A stretch of 63,625 nt of DNA, counting the filler, from Reticulomyxa filosa (Eukaryota > Protista > Foraminifera): the NCBI GenBank assembly GCA_000512085.1. It is 15 parts of 15 records of this genome, joined end to end, with 100 filler letters (N's around TTAATTAATTAA, not from the genome) between each part and the next. Parts side by side here need not be neighbours in the genome. Positions count along the whole stretch, not along the records: positions 1 to 19,061 come from ASPP01005353.1; positions 19,162 to 24,614 come from ASPP01001445.1; positions 24,715 to 30,127 come from ASPP01009298.1; 12 more parts are not named here. One strand, written 5' to 3'. The notes beneath the pieces are model-generated. The model made no database searches, was not told where the DNA came from, and saw only the letters and a program-made list of their open reading frames with translations. Made by a program: the position numbers and the translations under genes. This document shows, piece by piece, positions 12,777 through 24,804 of this stretch. How positions within the stretch are numbered: position 1 is the stretch's first letter; every line of letters starts with the position of its first letter.

Positions 12777-13661
12777 CTCAGAAATAATAAGGACTTCAAA
12801 AGTTATAATTGAAAAAAATTCTTTGTGTAGTTGAACAGAAAATAGGAATCCCAAAAGAGATTACATATTTATTGATCATATGCATTCTTTCTTGATCGAA
12901 TATCCTACAAACAAACACTTTTATCATATTATGAAACATGGATGCAATTTAAAGTTGTTTCTAATGTGAATAAGCTAAAATACATTATTCTATTAAAAAA
13001 AGCAATATACTTTTTTTGATAAATATAAAAGATTGAAAGAAAATAATAATTTCAAAATAGTAAGGGAAATGTATTTGAATATATTATGGAATATTTTGAA
13101 AGTTAAACATCTTAAATATCGACAAATTAACAATAAAATTTATATAATAATTTATTACTCAAATGTCATCAATTAAGTGTAAATGTAAATAAAATATTTA
13201 TTATTATGGATCATAAGTTACAACAATTTGGTTTTAAAAAAGACAATAATAATTGGCATTATCCAAATAATAATACCCAGTTATTATTGTGGAATTGTTA
13301 TAAAGCATTTGTTAATGAATAAATCATGTATTATACAAACATATATGTGTACATTTATTTTATTTAATAACAAGAAAAGAAATAAAGAGTTTATGATTAA
13401 TTGTTGTAATAATGAAATCAATTTATTTGCTATTTATTTGTCTAAAAATAAAATTATAGGAGAAAACCAATATTTAATTTGCAATAACAAATGCTGTTAA
13501 CAATGGATTACCATTTGTTGAGAAAGACAAAAAAGAAACAAAAAATTATTTTCCAAAATAAAAAAAATACTTAAAATATGTTAATCTTATGATTTATATC
13601 TTTAATTTTAGTGAAAAAAAATCAAATTAGTTAAATTTTTTTGTTTTTGAAAAAAACAATA

Positions 13662-15043
13662 CTATCCCCATATATGAATAGGACCCTTGAATGAACCATG
13701 ACACATATTAATATCATATCCACAATTATCATTGATTTTATTTTTGTTTTCTCGATTCTTAAATAGCAGAAATTTAAGACACAGTATTTCATCATCTTTA
13801 TTACTTCCTTTGATCCTATATAATTCCTTCTTACTTGATCGAATATCCCAAAAACGAATTGTATTATCTCCTGACCCAGAACATATTACATTTGAACTAC
13901 CTCCAACTTCGCTGTTCTTTACTGCAAATTGTGAATATTCAACGATATTTACATTACGTGTATGACCATTGAATATTTGAATTCGTTCACCAGATCGAAT
14001 ATCCCATAAACGGACACTTGTATCTTGTGATCCGGATAATATTGTATTTCCTAGTTCATTTGATCCATATTTTACACTCCTAATCCAATGTTCATGTCCT
14101 TTAAATATAATTAATTGTTTAGTTGTTTCAATATCCCATATACAAATTGTATCGTCAAATGATCCAGAACAAATAGTATATCCATTACCACCAATAATAC
14201 CAATACTATTATTTTTATTATCTTTGTTGATGTTATTGTTTTGTAATGGTGAAAAGTCCACACAGAAAACATTATGTGTATGTCCATTGAAAACATGTAA
14301 TGATTTAGATGTTTCAACATCCCATAAACGCATAGTATTGTCACCAGATCCAGAACATAAATATCGACCACCATTAAATGATGAAAATTCAATACCAAAG
14401 ACATGACTTGTGTGCCCATTAAATATTTGTAATTGTTGATTGTATTTGACATCCCAAAAACGAATAGTTTTATCATATGATGAAGAACAAATGACATTAC
14501 GATGATAATTAAAATGATAATTTAATGAAAATTTTACACTATTTACATAACCTGAATGTCCTTTTAATAATTGAATTTGTTTATTTGTGTCAATATTCCA
14601 TACGCGAATTGTTTTATCATCTGATCCAGAACAAATAAATTGACAACTATCAAGTATTGAATAATCGATATTATTCACACATTGAAGTATGTCCTTTGAA
14701 AGTTTTGAGTAATTTAGATGATGAACGGAACGTGTCAAGCATGAAAAATATTGTTGTCTGTGTTAACAAATAATTATTTGAATAATTTAATTGTCATTGA
14801 ATGAAAAACAAATAGACTTAACATAATTGATAACAAGTTTGTCAAAATCATTTATCCATCCTAATTTAATTCCTAATATTCGAATCCAATGTTCAATAAT
14901 TGTTTTGATATCTTCTTCTAACTGATTCAATTATAAATTACACACAATAAAACTATCAAGACAATCAGCTTTCGAAAGGGTAAACTGTGGCTTACCAATG
15001 TTAGTTGTGTTGAAGCTTGTTTTTCATCGCCGAGGATATTCAT
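13662..15043 (-). CDS. WD40-repeat protein, 3 exons (frameshift near 14690-14705, possible homopolymer error)
   Basis: Repeated GH...ICSGSxDxTIRxWD motifs. Exon 1 MNILGDEKQASTQLTL, exon 2 at 14823-14921, exon 3 begins FMLDTFRSSSKLLKTF and then slips frame at T-runs. Confidence 0.85.
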
Positions 15044-15335
15044 TCTTTTTTCCTCTTAGATGATAAATGTTAGAACTTTTTTCTCTCAAGATCAACAAAA
15101 GGGGTTGTAAAAAACGCTTTGTTTTGGAGTTGCTGTTGTCAAGTTAACAAAAAAAAGCAATTTGGTAATGTCAAAATGACAAAAGACGAACAAAAATTTT
15201 CATTTGAGTTGTCTTGTCATATTTATAATAATGTTTAATGAATTGTTTATGGAATTCTTCAATAAAAAAAGCGAACAAAAATATATAATCATGATTTATT
15301 TGTTTAGTAAAAAAAATGTTTGTTGATTCGTGTCT

Positions 15336-16466
15336 TTATCCCCAAATTTGAATTGTAGCGTTATTAGTGCCTGATGCAATTAGTGCTCCATCTGGTGAAA
15401 CATCCAAACAAGTCAAACTTTGATAATTTTCCAATCTTTGTATTTCGCTCCATGTTTTTACATTCCACAATCGAATTGTACCATCACTTGAACAAGACAC
15501 AATAATTTGACCATCTGGAAAAAATGTTACATCTTCAACATTTTTCCACAATATTTTTAATAATTTTCCTGAGTTAACATTCCATATTCGAATTGTATTA
15601 TCACGTGAACATGATACAATAAATTGACTATCTGGAGAAAACCTTGCACATAATACTATAAAAAAATGAAGTTTCAATTCTTTCAATCTTTCTCCTGATT
15701 TTACATCCGATAAACCAATAGTGGCATCTTCAAATGCTGTTACAACCATTTTTCCATCTGGTGAAAATTCTACACTACTTGCAGCACTTAAACGACAAAC
15801 TAATTTTTTAATTTCTTTTCCAGAATTTGCATCCCATAATCGTATTTTTCTATCGCTTGAACTTGATACAATACTTTTACCATCTGGAGAAAAGTTTACA
15901 TCAAATACTGAATTTAAATTTTCTTCAAATTTCATCAACTCTCTTCCTGATTTCACATCCCATAATCGAATTGTACCATCACTTGAGCATGTAACAGCAG
16001 TATTTCCATCTGGTGAAAAGTTTGCACTATTAACACGATCAGAATGCCCTTTGAAAGTTTGAATTTGCCTACCTGATACTACATCCCATATTCGAACTAT
16101 TTGATCAAGCGATGAAGAAATAAGCTTGCTACCATCTGATGAAAATCGTACTCTAGTTACTCTATCCTTGTGTCCTTTTAACACTTTTAACAATTGGAAA
16201 GATTTCACCTATGTTTTAAAAGTCAAATAAATAATGACAAAGTAAATATAAAAGTAATACTTAACATATTTAAACACAATTTTGTCAAAATCTTGAACCC
16301 ATCCAAATTTAATATGTAAAATCCGAATCCAATGTTGATTTACCACTTTTATCATTGTCTCTGACTAGTTTGACATAAAATAAAACAAACTCTAGACAGC
16401 CAGCTTTTCGAAAGAATGAACTAAGCTTACCAATGAAGTTTGTTTTTCGTTGCCATAACTGTTCAT
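15336..16466 (-). CDS. WD40-repeat protein, 3 exons
   Basis: Seven FSPDG...SxSxDxTIRLWDV repeats. Exon 1 MNSYGNEKQTSL, exon 2 at 16266-16364, exon 3 at 15336-16208. Confidence 0.9.
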
Positions 16467-17378
16467 CTTAACTTCTTTTTTTTCTCTTAGATGCTAAGAT
16501 GAAAAACGTTTGAACTTTTATATCAACATTTAAAAACTCTGTTTACGGTGTTAATCAAATAAAAAAATATTAAAGTGTTAATTTTGTTTTTACGTTGTGT
16601 AACCATGTTTATAGTTGTACTTTTTCAGTAAAAACACATAAAAATTGTTCAATGTGTTATTTTCTTTGAAACAAATGCAAATTATAAAACATAAACATAC
16701 GATATTAAACAACGTAGTCAAATAAATCCATTATTATACAATTTGGAACATTTTTTATGCATGTCAAGATAAAATAGTTGCTTTTGTTAATCATTTAAAC
16801 AATTGTTTAGTAGCTTGACAATAATTGTCTTCACTTTATGTTACAGTATCAATGACCTTGCAGAAAACATAGTGAATTTGATGACTTGGCAATTATCGAA
16901 ATCAAAATTTAACAAATAAATCATCTGCAAAAAAATTCTTAACGAATAATTGAAATAAAAAATAGTGATGGCAAAGTAATCGATAGCCACATAATTGTTT
17001 TCCAACTTTATTGTCAGAAAATTTGTCATCTTTTTAGTGCAGCACAATCGTTTGCGGTTTGTCATATTTTCTTCGTTTCAGTTTACAACTTTTTTAGATT
17101 TCACAAAAGCGAAGACAAAAGTATCAAATGATAAATATTCAAATGTCATAGATTAAAAACGTTGTGAAGAAGATTTGTTTTCTCAAAACGAAAAAGCAAG
17201 AACTAATTTATTGTTTTTATATCCTCTCCAAAGTGCCTATTTGAAAAATGTTGAGTTTTTGTTTTTAAAAAAAACCAAAGACCAAAACAAACAACAAAAG
17301 AAAAGCTATTCAATGCACGTCATTCTGTTCGTTTAGTGCTACAAGTAATTTTTTTCCTCTTTTCTCCACAAGAAGAAA

Positions 17379-19023
17379 TTAGGAAGAATTGAGATGCGCT
17401 TCACGTGGAGGAGGCAGTTTCCATGGCAAGAACTCATTAAAAATACAAAAAACAATGGAGTCTAAGATAAACATAAGAAGAGCAGGAAGCAGGAAAGCAT
17501 ATCCAAAATGTTTATGACATAAGAAAATGAAAGGTCCACCAAAAGCACTGACAAACAAAGGTCCAAAAGCACTTTCAAATTCCAACAAATAATTGAGCAT
17601 CACTCTTTTCTGAGAAGTTTTGTTGAATTCAATGACCAAGGGTAAAAATTCATGTTGGCTCAATCGTTGGGACGTTTGTAGATGCAATTCAATGAAGAAT
17701 CCAAACAAAGAGATGAAAATTAATAAGGTGATTTTATCTTCAGTCATCCATAAAAGATACAAGTGATTGACATGCCATACTCGCCAAATAAAAAGAGATT
17801 TCGAGTTGAAACCAAAGAGTTGATCGTTTCATACAACAAACTCGCGTTAATTTGCACTAAGGCCATGAGCAGTAGACCAAACACGCCAAAGGTCAACCCA
17901 GATTCAAAGTTATGAAACGAGGTCGAGTCTGTATCCGCTTTTGGCTTCCCATTGAAAATGTCAATCGCGCAATACGATGTCCAGAACAGCACTACACTGC
18001 ACATTGTTATCCCCAAAAATATGACTGAACCACAGCACATAGACAGCGCGCAGCGTATCGTCCGTCATAAAATCTTTATAAAACTCGTCTACTTTTTCTC
18101 TGTCACATATATACAAATACATATGTATATACTTTACATTTATATTGATATGCACGCAATCAATATTCTTTAAATGAAATCAACAGCACCCAACTCTTGC
18201 TCACTCACGTCCATTGGCAAGAAGTCGCGCTTTTGTTCGAAAGGCTCCTCTTCCTCGTCACTGTGTCTCTCGTCATCACCACTGTCATACGGATCGCTAT
18301 AATGCTCCATGTTATCATCTGCCTTGGATGAGCGCATGTGGGCCGAGTGTCCTGGTTTGTCGTGATCTTTCTGCAGCAGCGTTTTGATTTCTGTGTCAGT
18401 GTACTGATCGGGGTCTTCGTCGATGCTTTTCAAAAACGTAATTCCAGTGGCATACCTCTTGGATGCTTCATGCGTGTGCGAGAGCGTTGCCAATGTTGGA
18501 ATGTCTTCATAATAGTAGGCAAGTTCATTGGGATTGGGAGACCACCACAAACAAACGCCGGCAGACACAAGTACAATGAGACTTCCCATGGTGAACACCC
18601 ATATGATATTGCTCAATTTGTCTCCAAACAAGTCCCATTCGAGCCACATCCCCACCACGGCGTAGCCCAGCATACGCGACAGTCCTTGAACCACAGTCCA
18701 CGTCCGCAACGTTTCCATATAAGACACCGTGTTGCCAACCGTTACTTCCCATAGCAGCGCTTGCAATGGACGTGACAACACTTTGTGTCAACATATGCCA
18801 CACACACACATACACACACATATGCATAGGTGTTCACGTTGGATTCAAATACGTACACACAAAAATAAAGCATAAAAAAGTTTATTTCAAAAATTGGTTA
18901 TCCACGAGGAACCAACCCCGCGCTAATGTACAATACTGAACAGTAATGGCATGTGTCCATAATGGTAAAAAATACTGTTAATAGCAGTACCACTAATGCC
19001 GTTGAATGTACATTGAATATACT

Positions 19024-19061
<38 letters not shown>
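17379..19061 (-). CDS. SLC45/sucrose-H+ symporter (GPH/MFS)-like transporter, 5' truncated, with apparent frameshifts
   Basis: Multi-TM ORFs with an acidic central loop and LFWTSYCAIDIFNGKP...FESGLTFGVFGLL, resembling the SUT/SLC45 LFxTDWMG..G.P...GV..G..GL motif. Confidence 0.65.
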
Positions 19062-19161
19062 NNNNNNNNNNNNNNNNNNNNNNNNNNNNNNNNNNNNNNN
19101 NNNNNTTAATTAATTAANNNNNNNNNNNNNNNNNNNNNNNNNNNNNNNNNNNNNNNNNNNN
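19062..19161. other. Artificial contig spacer N44-TTAATTAATTAA-N44 (1 of 14)
   Basis: Identical 100-bp spacers also at 24615, 30128, 32245, 33533, 39224, 41239, 45385, 47275, 48876, 53715, 58878, 60818 and 62366. TTAATTAATTAA gives stops in all six frames. Confidence 0.98.
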
Positions 19162-19938
19162 TGTCTAGATTTGATTTTTCTTTACATTTTTTGTATAATT
19201 TTTGTATTAACTTGTCGAACTAATCAATACAAAAAAAAAAAAAAGGAAACTACCCAGTAATTACAACAGAAATATTACTGGAAGACAAATTTTTTTTTTA
19301 ATTTGAAGAAACATAACTTTGATAAATGTATTTATTTAAATGTGTTGTTAGTAGAATACAAAAAAAAAAATTGTTACATACAAACACTTATATGATGTGC
19401 TTTGTTGAATTTTAAAAATATTTATCCAAAGAATTACTCTTTTAATTTTTTAGAAAAAAAAAAACATGTTTCACTTGAATTGAAACGAACATCAAAAGAC
19501 AAAGGGAAAAAATAAACTGTAAGTGATCTGGTGTATTTATTTATTTATATTCACATCTCCAGCATTGATTTGTGATAAAATAGGATGAAAAATATATGCA
19601 AAATACATAAAATCTTGGTTTAAGATCTGTAGTGTTCAGTATTAACACAAAAGATTATTGATTGAGCACATTCCTTTTTATTTTTAAAATATCAATCTGT
19701 GTTTGAAATAAGAAAAATGGATCATCAATTACAATCTACATCTTTTTTGCAGTTGCAATAGACTAAATGCTTTTTATTTTCTTACATGCTTTTTTTTAAT
19801 GATATATGATGCAAGAGATTTGAATAAAATTTTGGAAAAGGACACTAAATTTCAAACGTGTAAATTAAATCAACAAAAATTTACTTAAATTCAACATGCA
19901 TAAATTCTTCAATTATGTCATGTTACGAGAAATATTGC

Positions 19939-21051
19939 TTATTTTTTTTTTTTCTTTGGTTTGTCAATGTCTAAGTCTTGATTAAATGCACTGTCTAAGT
20001 CTTGATTAAATGCACTGTCTAAATTTCTCTTTTTTACTTTAGCCATAATATCATTATCAGTGTTGATAACTGTTTCTATTGTTCCAATTATTGTTTCCAT
20101 ATTTGTATTTTCTGTCTTCAAATCTTCAATTTTGTTACCAAGTTCCAAATTTCTAGTTTTTAATTTGTCAACTGCATCTGTAATTTGACTTTGTAACGAT
20201 GCTAATTTTAATTTTTCATCACTAAATAATATTTTTTCGGAATCAATTGAACTAATCTCATTCAATGAATCTAAATCATCATTATTTAATGCATTATTAC
20301 CATTATTTTGAAGATTTTCAATAGTTTTTTTCATTTTTACAATTGTTGAATTTGCATTAGTTAGTGATTTATTTAATTCTTCTTGCTTACTTTCTAATTC
20401 TTTAACATTTGTTTTCAATTCACCAATTTCTGTATCCTTTTTGATAATATCTTCTTGTAATTTTTTTAATAATTTAATTATTTCTTTATTTGTTGTTTTA
20501 TTATGCATTTCTTGTACATTAATCATATTAATTATTTGTTGAAAATTTTGTTGTTGTTGTTGTTGCTTTTGATCTTGATCTTGATCTTGATCGATTAGAT
20601 CAACACTTTCTAAATTTTTTAGAAAATTTTCCATTTGTATTTTCACATCTTTGATTAATCCTAGGTCAATATCATTAAATTGTTTCATATACGCAACTTT
20701 TTTAGAATTATTATCTAAACGAATTTGCTTTGTAAGCTTGAATTCATTACGAAAATTTTTACATGGATTCTTCATACACACACAGTAAGTTTGTTCATTT
20801 TCTGTACATAACAATTTAATAGCTATTTTCATAAAACCATTTCGTGTAAATTGATTATCTTTATTCTCCCAAAAATCTCCGTCTTGAGATATGTTTGCAT
20901 TATCAATTAAATGATGCATACTATCAATATGACATTGCCTACATATAACATGTTTACCACAATTGCATTTTAAAAGGTGACTCTTATGTAAGCAACCAAC
21001 TTGTGTTGATTGACTTTCAATGCTGCTTGCAATTGAAGAAATAATTGACAT
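19939..21051 (-). CDS. Hypothetical 370-aa protein: Cys/His-rich N-terminus, long coiled coil, basic C-terminal tail
   Basis: Long intronless ORF with CLHKSHLLKCNCGKHVICRQCH, heptad-rich 180-330 aa, duplicated LDSAFNQD and terminal KPKKKKK. Confidence 0.7.
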   Translation of the reverse strand: MSIISSIASSIESQSTQVGCLHKSHLLKCNCGKHVICRQCHIDSMHHLIDNANISQDGDFWENKDNQFTRNGFMKIAIKLLCTENEQTYCVCMKNPCKNFRNEFKLTKQIRLDNNSKKVAYMKQFNDIDLGLIKDVKIQMENFLKNLESVDLIDQDQDQDQKQQQQQQNFQQIINMINVQEMHNKTTNKEIIKLLKKLQEDIIKKDTEIGELKTNVKELESKQEELNKSLTNANSTIVKMKKTIENLQNNGNNALNNDDLDSLNEISSIDSEKILFSDEKLKLASLQSQITDAVDKLKTRNLELGNKIEDLKTENTNMETIIGTIETVINTDNDIMAKVKKRNLDSAFNQDLDSAFNQDLDIDKPKKKKK

Positions 21052-22467
21052 TCTATATACATAAAAAAAAAAAAAAACATGTTATTTATTAATTTAACTA
21101 AAAGATAAGATAAATGTTATACAATGATTGATATTGGATGAATGGAATGATGATTTTGGAGAATGATCAATGGTTATTGATAAATAGAATTTTTTCAGAA
21201 AAAAAAAAATGAAATTAACCCTTTTTGAGGAACTTTTGTTTATTACAATTTTAAATATTTTAAATGTATTTACAACAAATGATGCAAAATGTAACATGCA
21301 ATTTAAATTGTTATTTATAAAAGACATTATCACATAATAACTTTTGATAAAACTCATTTGATACATGAATTGTGAAAAATAATGTTGAAATAGTTTGTAA
21401 ATATAAAATTTTTCTTTTTTATCTCATTTTTGATGCCTGAGATTGTCAGTCTTCGAATTAACAATAATTAAGTTTGCAGGCATTCATTTTTTAGTTGTTT
21501 TTTTTTGAATGAACGTGTATAATAATCACAAAAATAATTATTGATATATCTTTGAATTATTTTTTGCAGCGCGACAATCTGAGTGTGATATCTATAGCAT
21601 TCGTATTGCAAAATCGCGACGATGCAGTAATATGGAGTGGATCCCGCAAAACAGGACTTATTTGACAGTTTTTGACAGATGTGGAATAGGACAAACAGGG
21701 CTATCTAATCATTGATGCCCTACTGGCATTAGTGATGAGCAAATTAGTATCATTTAATTTTTATACAAAGTTCCGCACAAGCGATCAGTCTGTTGGATAT
21801 TCGAAAAGAAATCTCGTTTTGCAAAAAAAAAAAAAAAAAACCACTATTCTTGGGAATCGTAAAAGATATAATTGGTTCATTTGCCCTTGTTGTCATGTTA
21901 AGAGAAATTAGAAAAGGGTAGCTCAAAAAAAAAAAATAAATAAAAAATACACATGCAATCATCTATGATAATAATAATAATATTATTATTATTTTTTGTT
22001 TTAAGCAGACGAAAGGCAATATCTTTCCACTAACAAGTGGTTCTTCGAATCTGTGCGAAGAGTTGAATCAAAATTACTTGAATAGAGTCCCTTTGGGTCT
22101 GCAATTGTTACAAACTGTGGTAATGACAAATACTTTATCAAAGAATGCCGCCGTTGTCAAGCAAAGAACAACAAAAGTGGTATCACCAATTCCACTAGCA
22201 AAGCTTTAGTTGATGTCATTCTTAATATTGAAAAGACATCTCTCCTATTGTTTTGCGGTCCATGCAAATTATGAAAGATAAAGCATACTCACAATCGCTT
22301 CAAGATGACAGCGAGGATGATAAGTCAACTATCGATCAAGATATAATCATGACAGATCAAATTTGAATTTGCTTTTTTTTTCCCACAAATAAGTGTCTTC
22401 GTTTAAATATCTTTTCAAAGAAATAGCTATCATGTTTTTTTTTGTTATCACATCTTTACTTTTTTTT

Positions 22468-22794
22468 TTACTTTTGTCGAGCCACTTTCGAGGAAAAATT
22501 TTTTGTCTTGATTACACTGGGCCCAAATTGATGGAACTGACTTTTGGAAGGATAAATACTGGAGTTGTCAAACTGTTGCGAGATTGAGGACTTGCAGTAG
22601 CTGTCTTTTCCAGTGTACTCCAACGCCAAAAACAATGCTTGAGTGTCATCATTGTCACTTCCATCCGTCAGCGCTTGTACACCAAAATATTGCAAGTGAT
22701 TAGGGTCCATGTTATCGCAGTGTCCCAGCACGTGCAATACTCTAACTTTGTTAGTAACTATTAGATACACACATATAAGCAACCACAACAACAT
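22468..22794 (-). CDS. Hypothetical protein with hydrophobic (signal-peptide-like) N-terminus
   Basis: 108-aa ORF in GC-richer, exon-like sequence. No family recognised. Confidence 0.35.
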   Translation of the reverse strand: MLLWLLICVYLIVTNKVRVLHVLGHCDNMDPNHLQYFGVQALTDGSDNDDTQALFLALEYTGKDSYCKSSISQQFDNSSIYPSKSQFHQFGPSVIKTKNFSSKVARQK

Positions 22795-24530
22795 GAGTTG
22801 TTATGCATGTGCGCGCCCTGTCTGCAACACACACGTCCAAAAAAAAAAAAAAAAGGCAAACATTGGAAGAGCTAAAGTTCTTTTCCACTGTTTTGCACAA
22901 GTAAAAAAAAATTTTTTATCTGAGAGTATTCATAACATTGAATATTTGTGCTATATTTTTTGCATTTCGTAAAAAAAAATGAAAAAAGTATCTTACCAAA
23001 TTTTTTTTTTTGGGTAGATTTTTGGAATGATAGTTTTGTTTTGGGAAACGGTATATTTGCGTTCACTTTTTTCTAAGTCAATTTTGATTCTTTTGTTTCA
23101 AAAAAAGGCGAAATAAGAGTTTTGCTGTAACATGAGTTGTGAATTTTTTGAATCATTTCAATTACACTTGTATATCTTAAAAGACAAAATTTTTGTGACT
23201 AGTTTTTGCCATAAAAATTCATTAACTCAAGTAACTTTTTTGTCATGTTGAATGCGCTTTATATTGATAGACTCCAAAAAAATTGGAAAAACAGAATGAA
23301 AAAAAAAAACATTGTGTATTTTATTTTTTTTTCGTTGCGTCAATACAAAAAAAGTTGAATGATATCAAAAAAGTTTTTTTAAGATAAAAAATTGCTACAA
23401 ATCATAGGAAACAAAGAAATGTTGAATGTTGACGTATTGATGGTGATACCACGACTATCGAACCAAGCAATGGTCAACCAAAAAACGAATCAATAGAAAA
23501 ATAAAAAAATATTTACTTTACGATTGTGATCTATTAACGTCCACTTTAAATATGGTCAAATAAAACTTCAATAAGAAAAAAAAATTATCTCCATTGATAA
23601 TAAGTTGAAAATTACTACCGAACTTCAATTTTTTTTTAATTTAAAAAAAAAAAAAAACTTGGATCAACTAAATAATGCAAGATAATCTAACTGGATCAGT
23701 TAAAGGATAATTAGTAAATTTAAATAGTCGTAACCATGAAATTTACTAACTTTTTTTTAAGCATTTTCAGAAAGTTCTCAATACGTAGATATTTCTTCTA
23801 CGTTGCGTAGTTTTCAATTTTTTGTATTTTTTTTAAAATTTGTGCATTGTAATGGCATGGCGGTTTTTACTTATTATTGGATTTTTTCCTTTTTTTTGTT
23901 CAATGCCAAAACATTAAAATGTTATTTTTTTTTTTTTGTAAAAATTACAATTTTGTTAAATTACCTTTTGCTTTATATACTTTTTGTTTTTACTTTGCAA
24001 TTGATTTTATTAATTTTGTGCACCTTTTTTGTTATTTTTTTTTTCATTTGAATTCAAATTGTTTACAAAGTTTTTCTTTTGATCTAAACGATTCATTTTT
24101 ATCCAAAGCTAATTTTTGATTCAAACAATTTTTTTACTGTGTTGACGTAACAGCTCAATAGCACATTTGTTAAATTCTCAATTCATTTTGCCATTTTTGA
24201 ACAAAAAAATTAAACTATACTGAGCTAAAAAAAAAAAGGATAAAATATTGAAATAATTAGTAAAGATGCAATAAAAAACTAAAATGACACGATTTGTAAA
24301 TATTTTTTTAAAATTAAAAAAAATTAGGCTGAATGTTGTTTTTTCATGAAGAAAATCAATCATCTATATAATGTGCATTTTAAGTGTCAATTTTACTTTG
24401 CATTCTACTGTACATAAATATATATATATATATATATATATATTTTCAAAGTCTTTTTTCCAAATGAAAATATATTTCATATGATGGATCCCATTTGAAC
24501 TGTGCTTATAATAAATGAATAGACAGACTA

Positions 24531-24614
24531 CAGTAGGTTGATTTTATCCATGAAAAATAAACATTTAGATCTAATTTTTTTTTATTTTAAAAAAAATATC
24601 TACAAATCTTGTAG
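24531..24614 (+). mobile_element. Tc1/mariner element terminus (internally deleted copy, cut by contig end)
   Basis: TA|CAGTAGGTTG followed by sequence matching the reverse complement of 47613-47680 (CCATGAAAAAT..ACATTTAGA..ATATCTACAAATCTTGTAG). Confidence 0.8.
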
Positions 24615-24714
24615 NNNNNNNNNNNNNNNNNNNNNNNNNNNNNNNNNNNNNNNNNNNNTTAATTAATTAANNNNNNNNNNNNNNNNNNNNNNNNNNNNNN
24701 NNNNNNNNNNNNNN

Positions 24715-24748
<34 letters not shown>

Positions 24749-24804
24749 TATGTATGTATACGTATATATGTACATATATATATATGTATATAAAGATAAG
24801 AAAA

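Noticed and set aside
21570-22330. Possible DEAD-box helicase remnant (VLQNRD..GSRKT)
   Set aside because: Motifs are too degraded to support a call.
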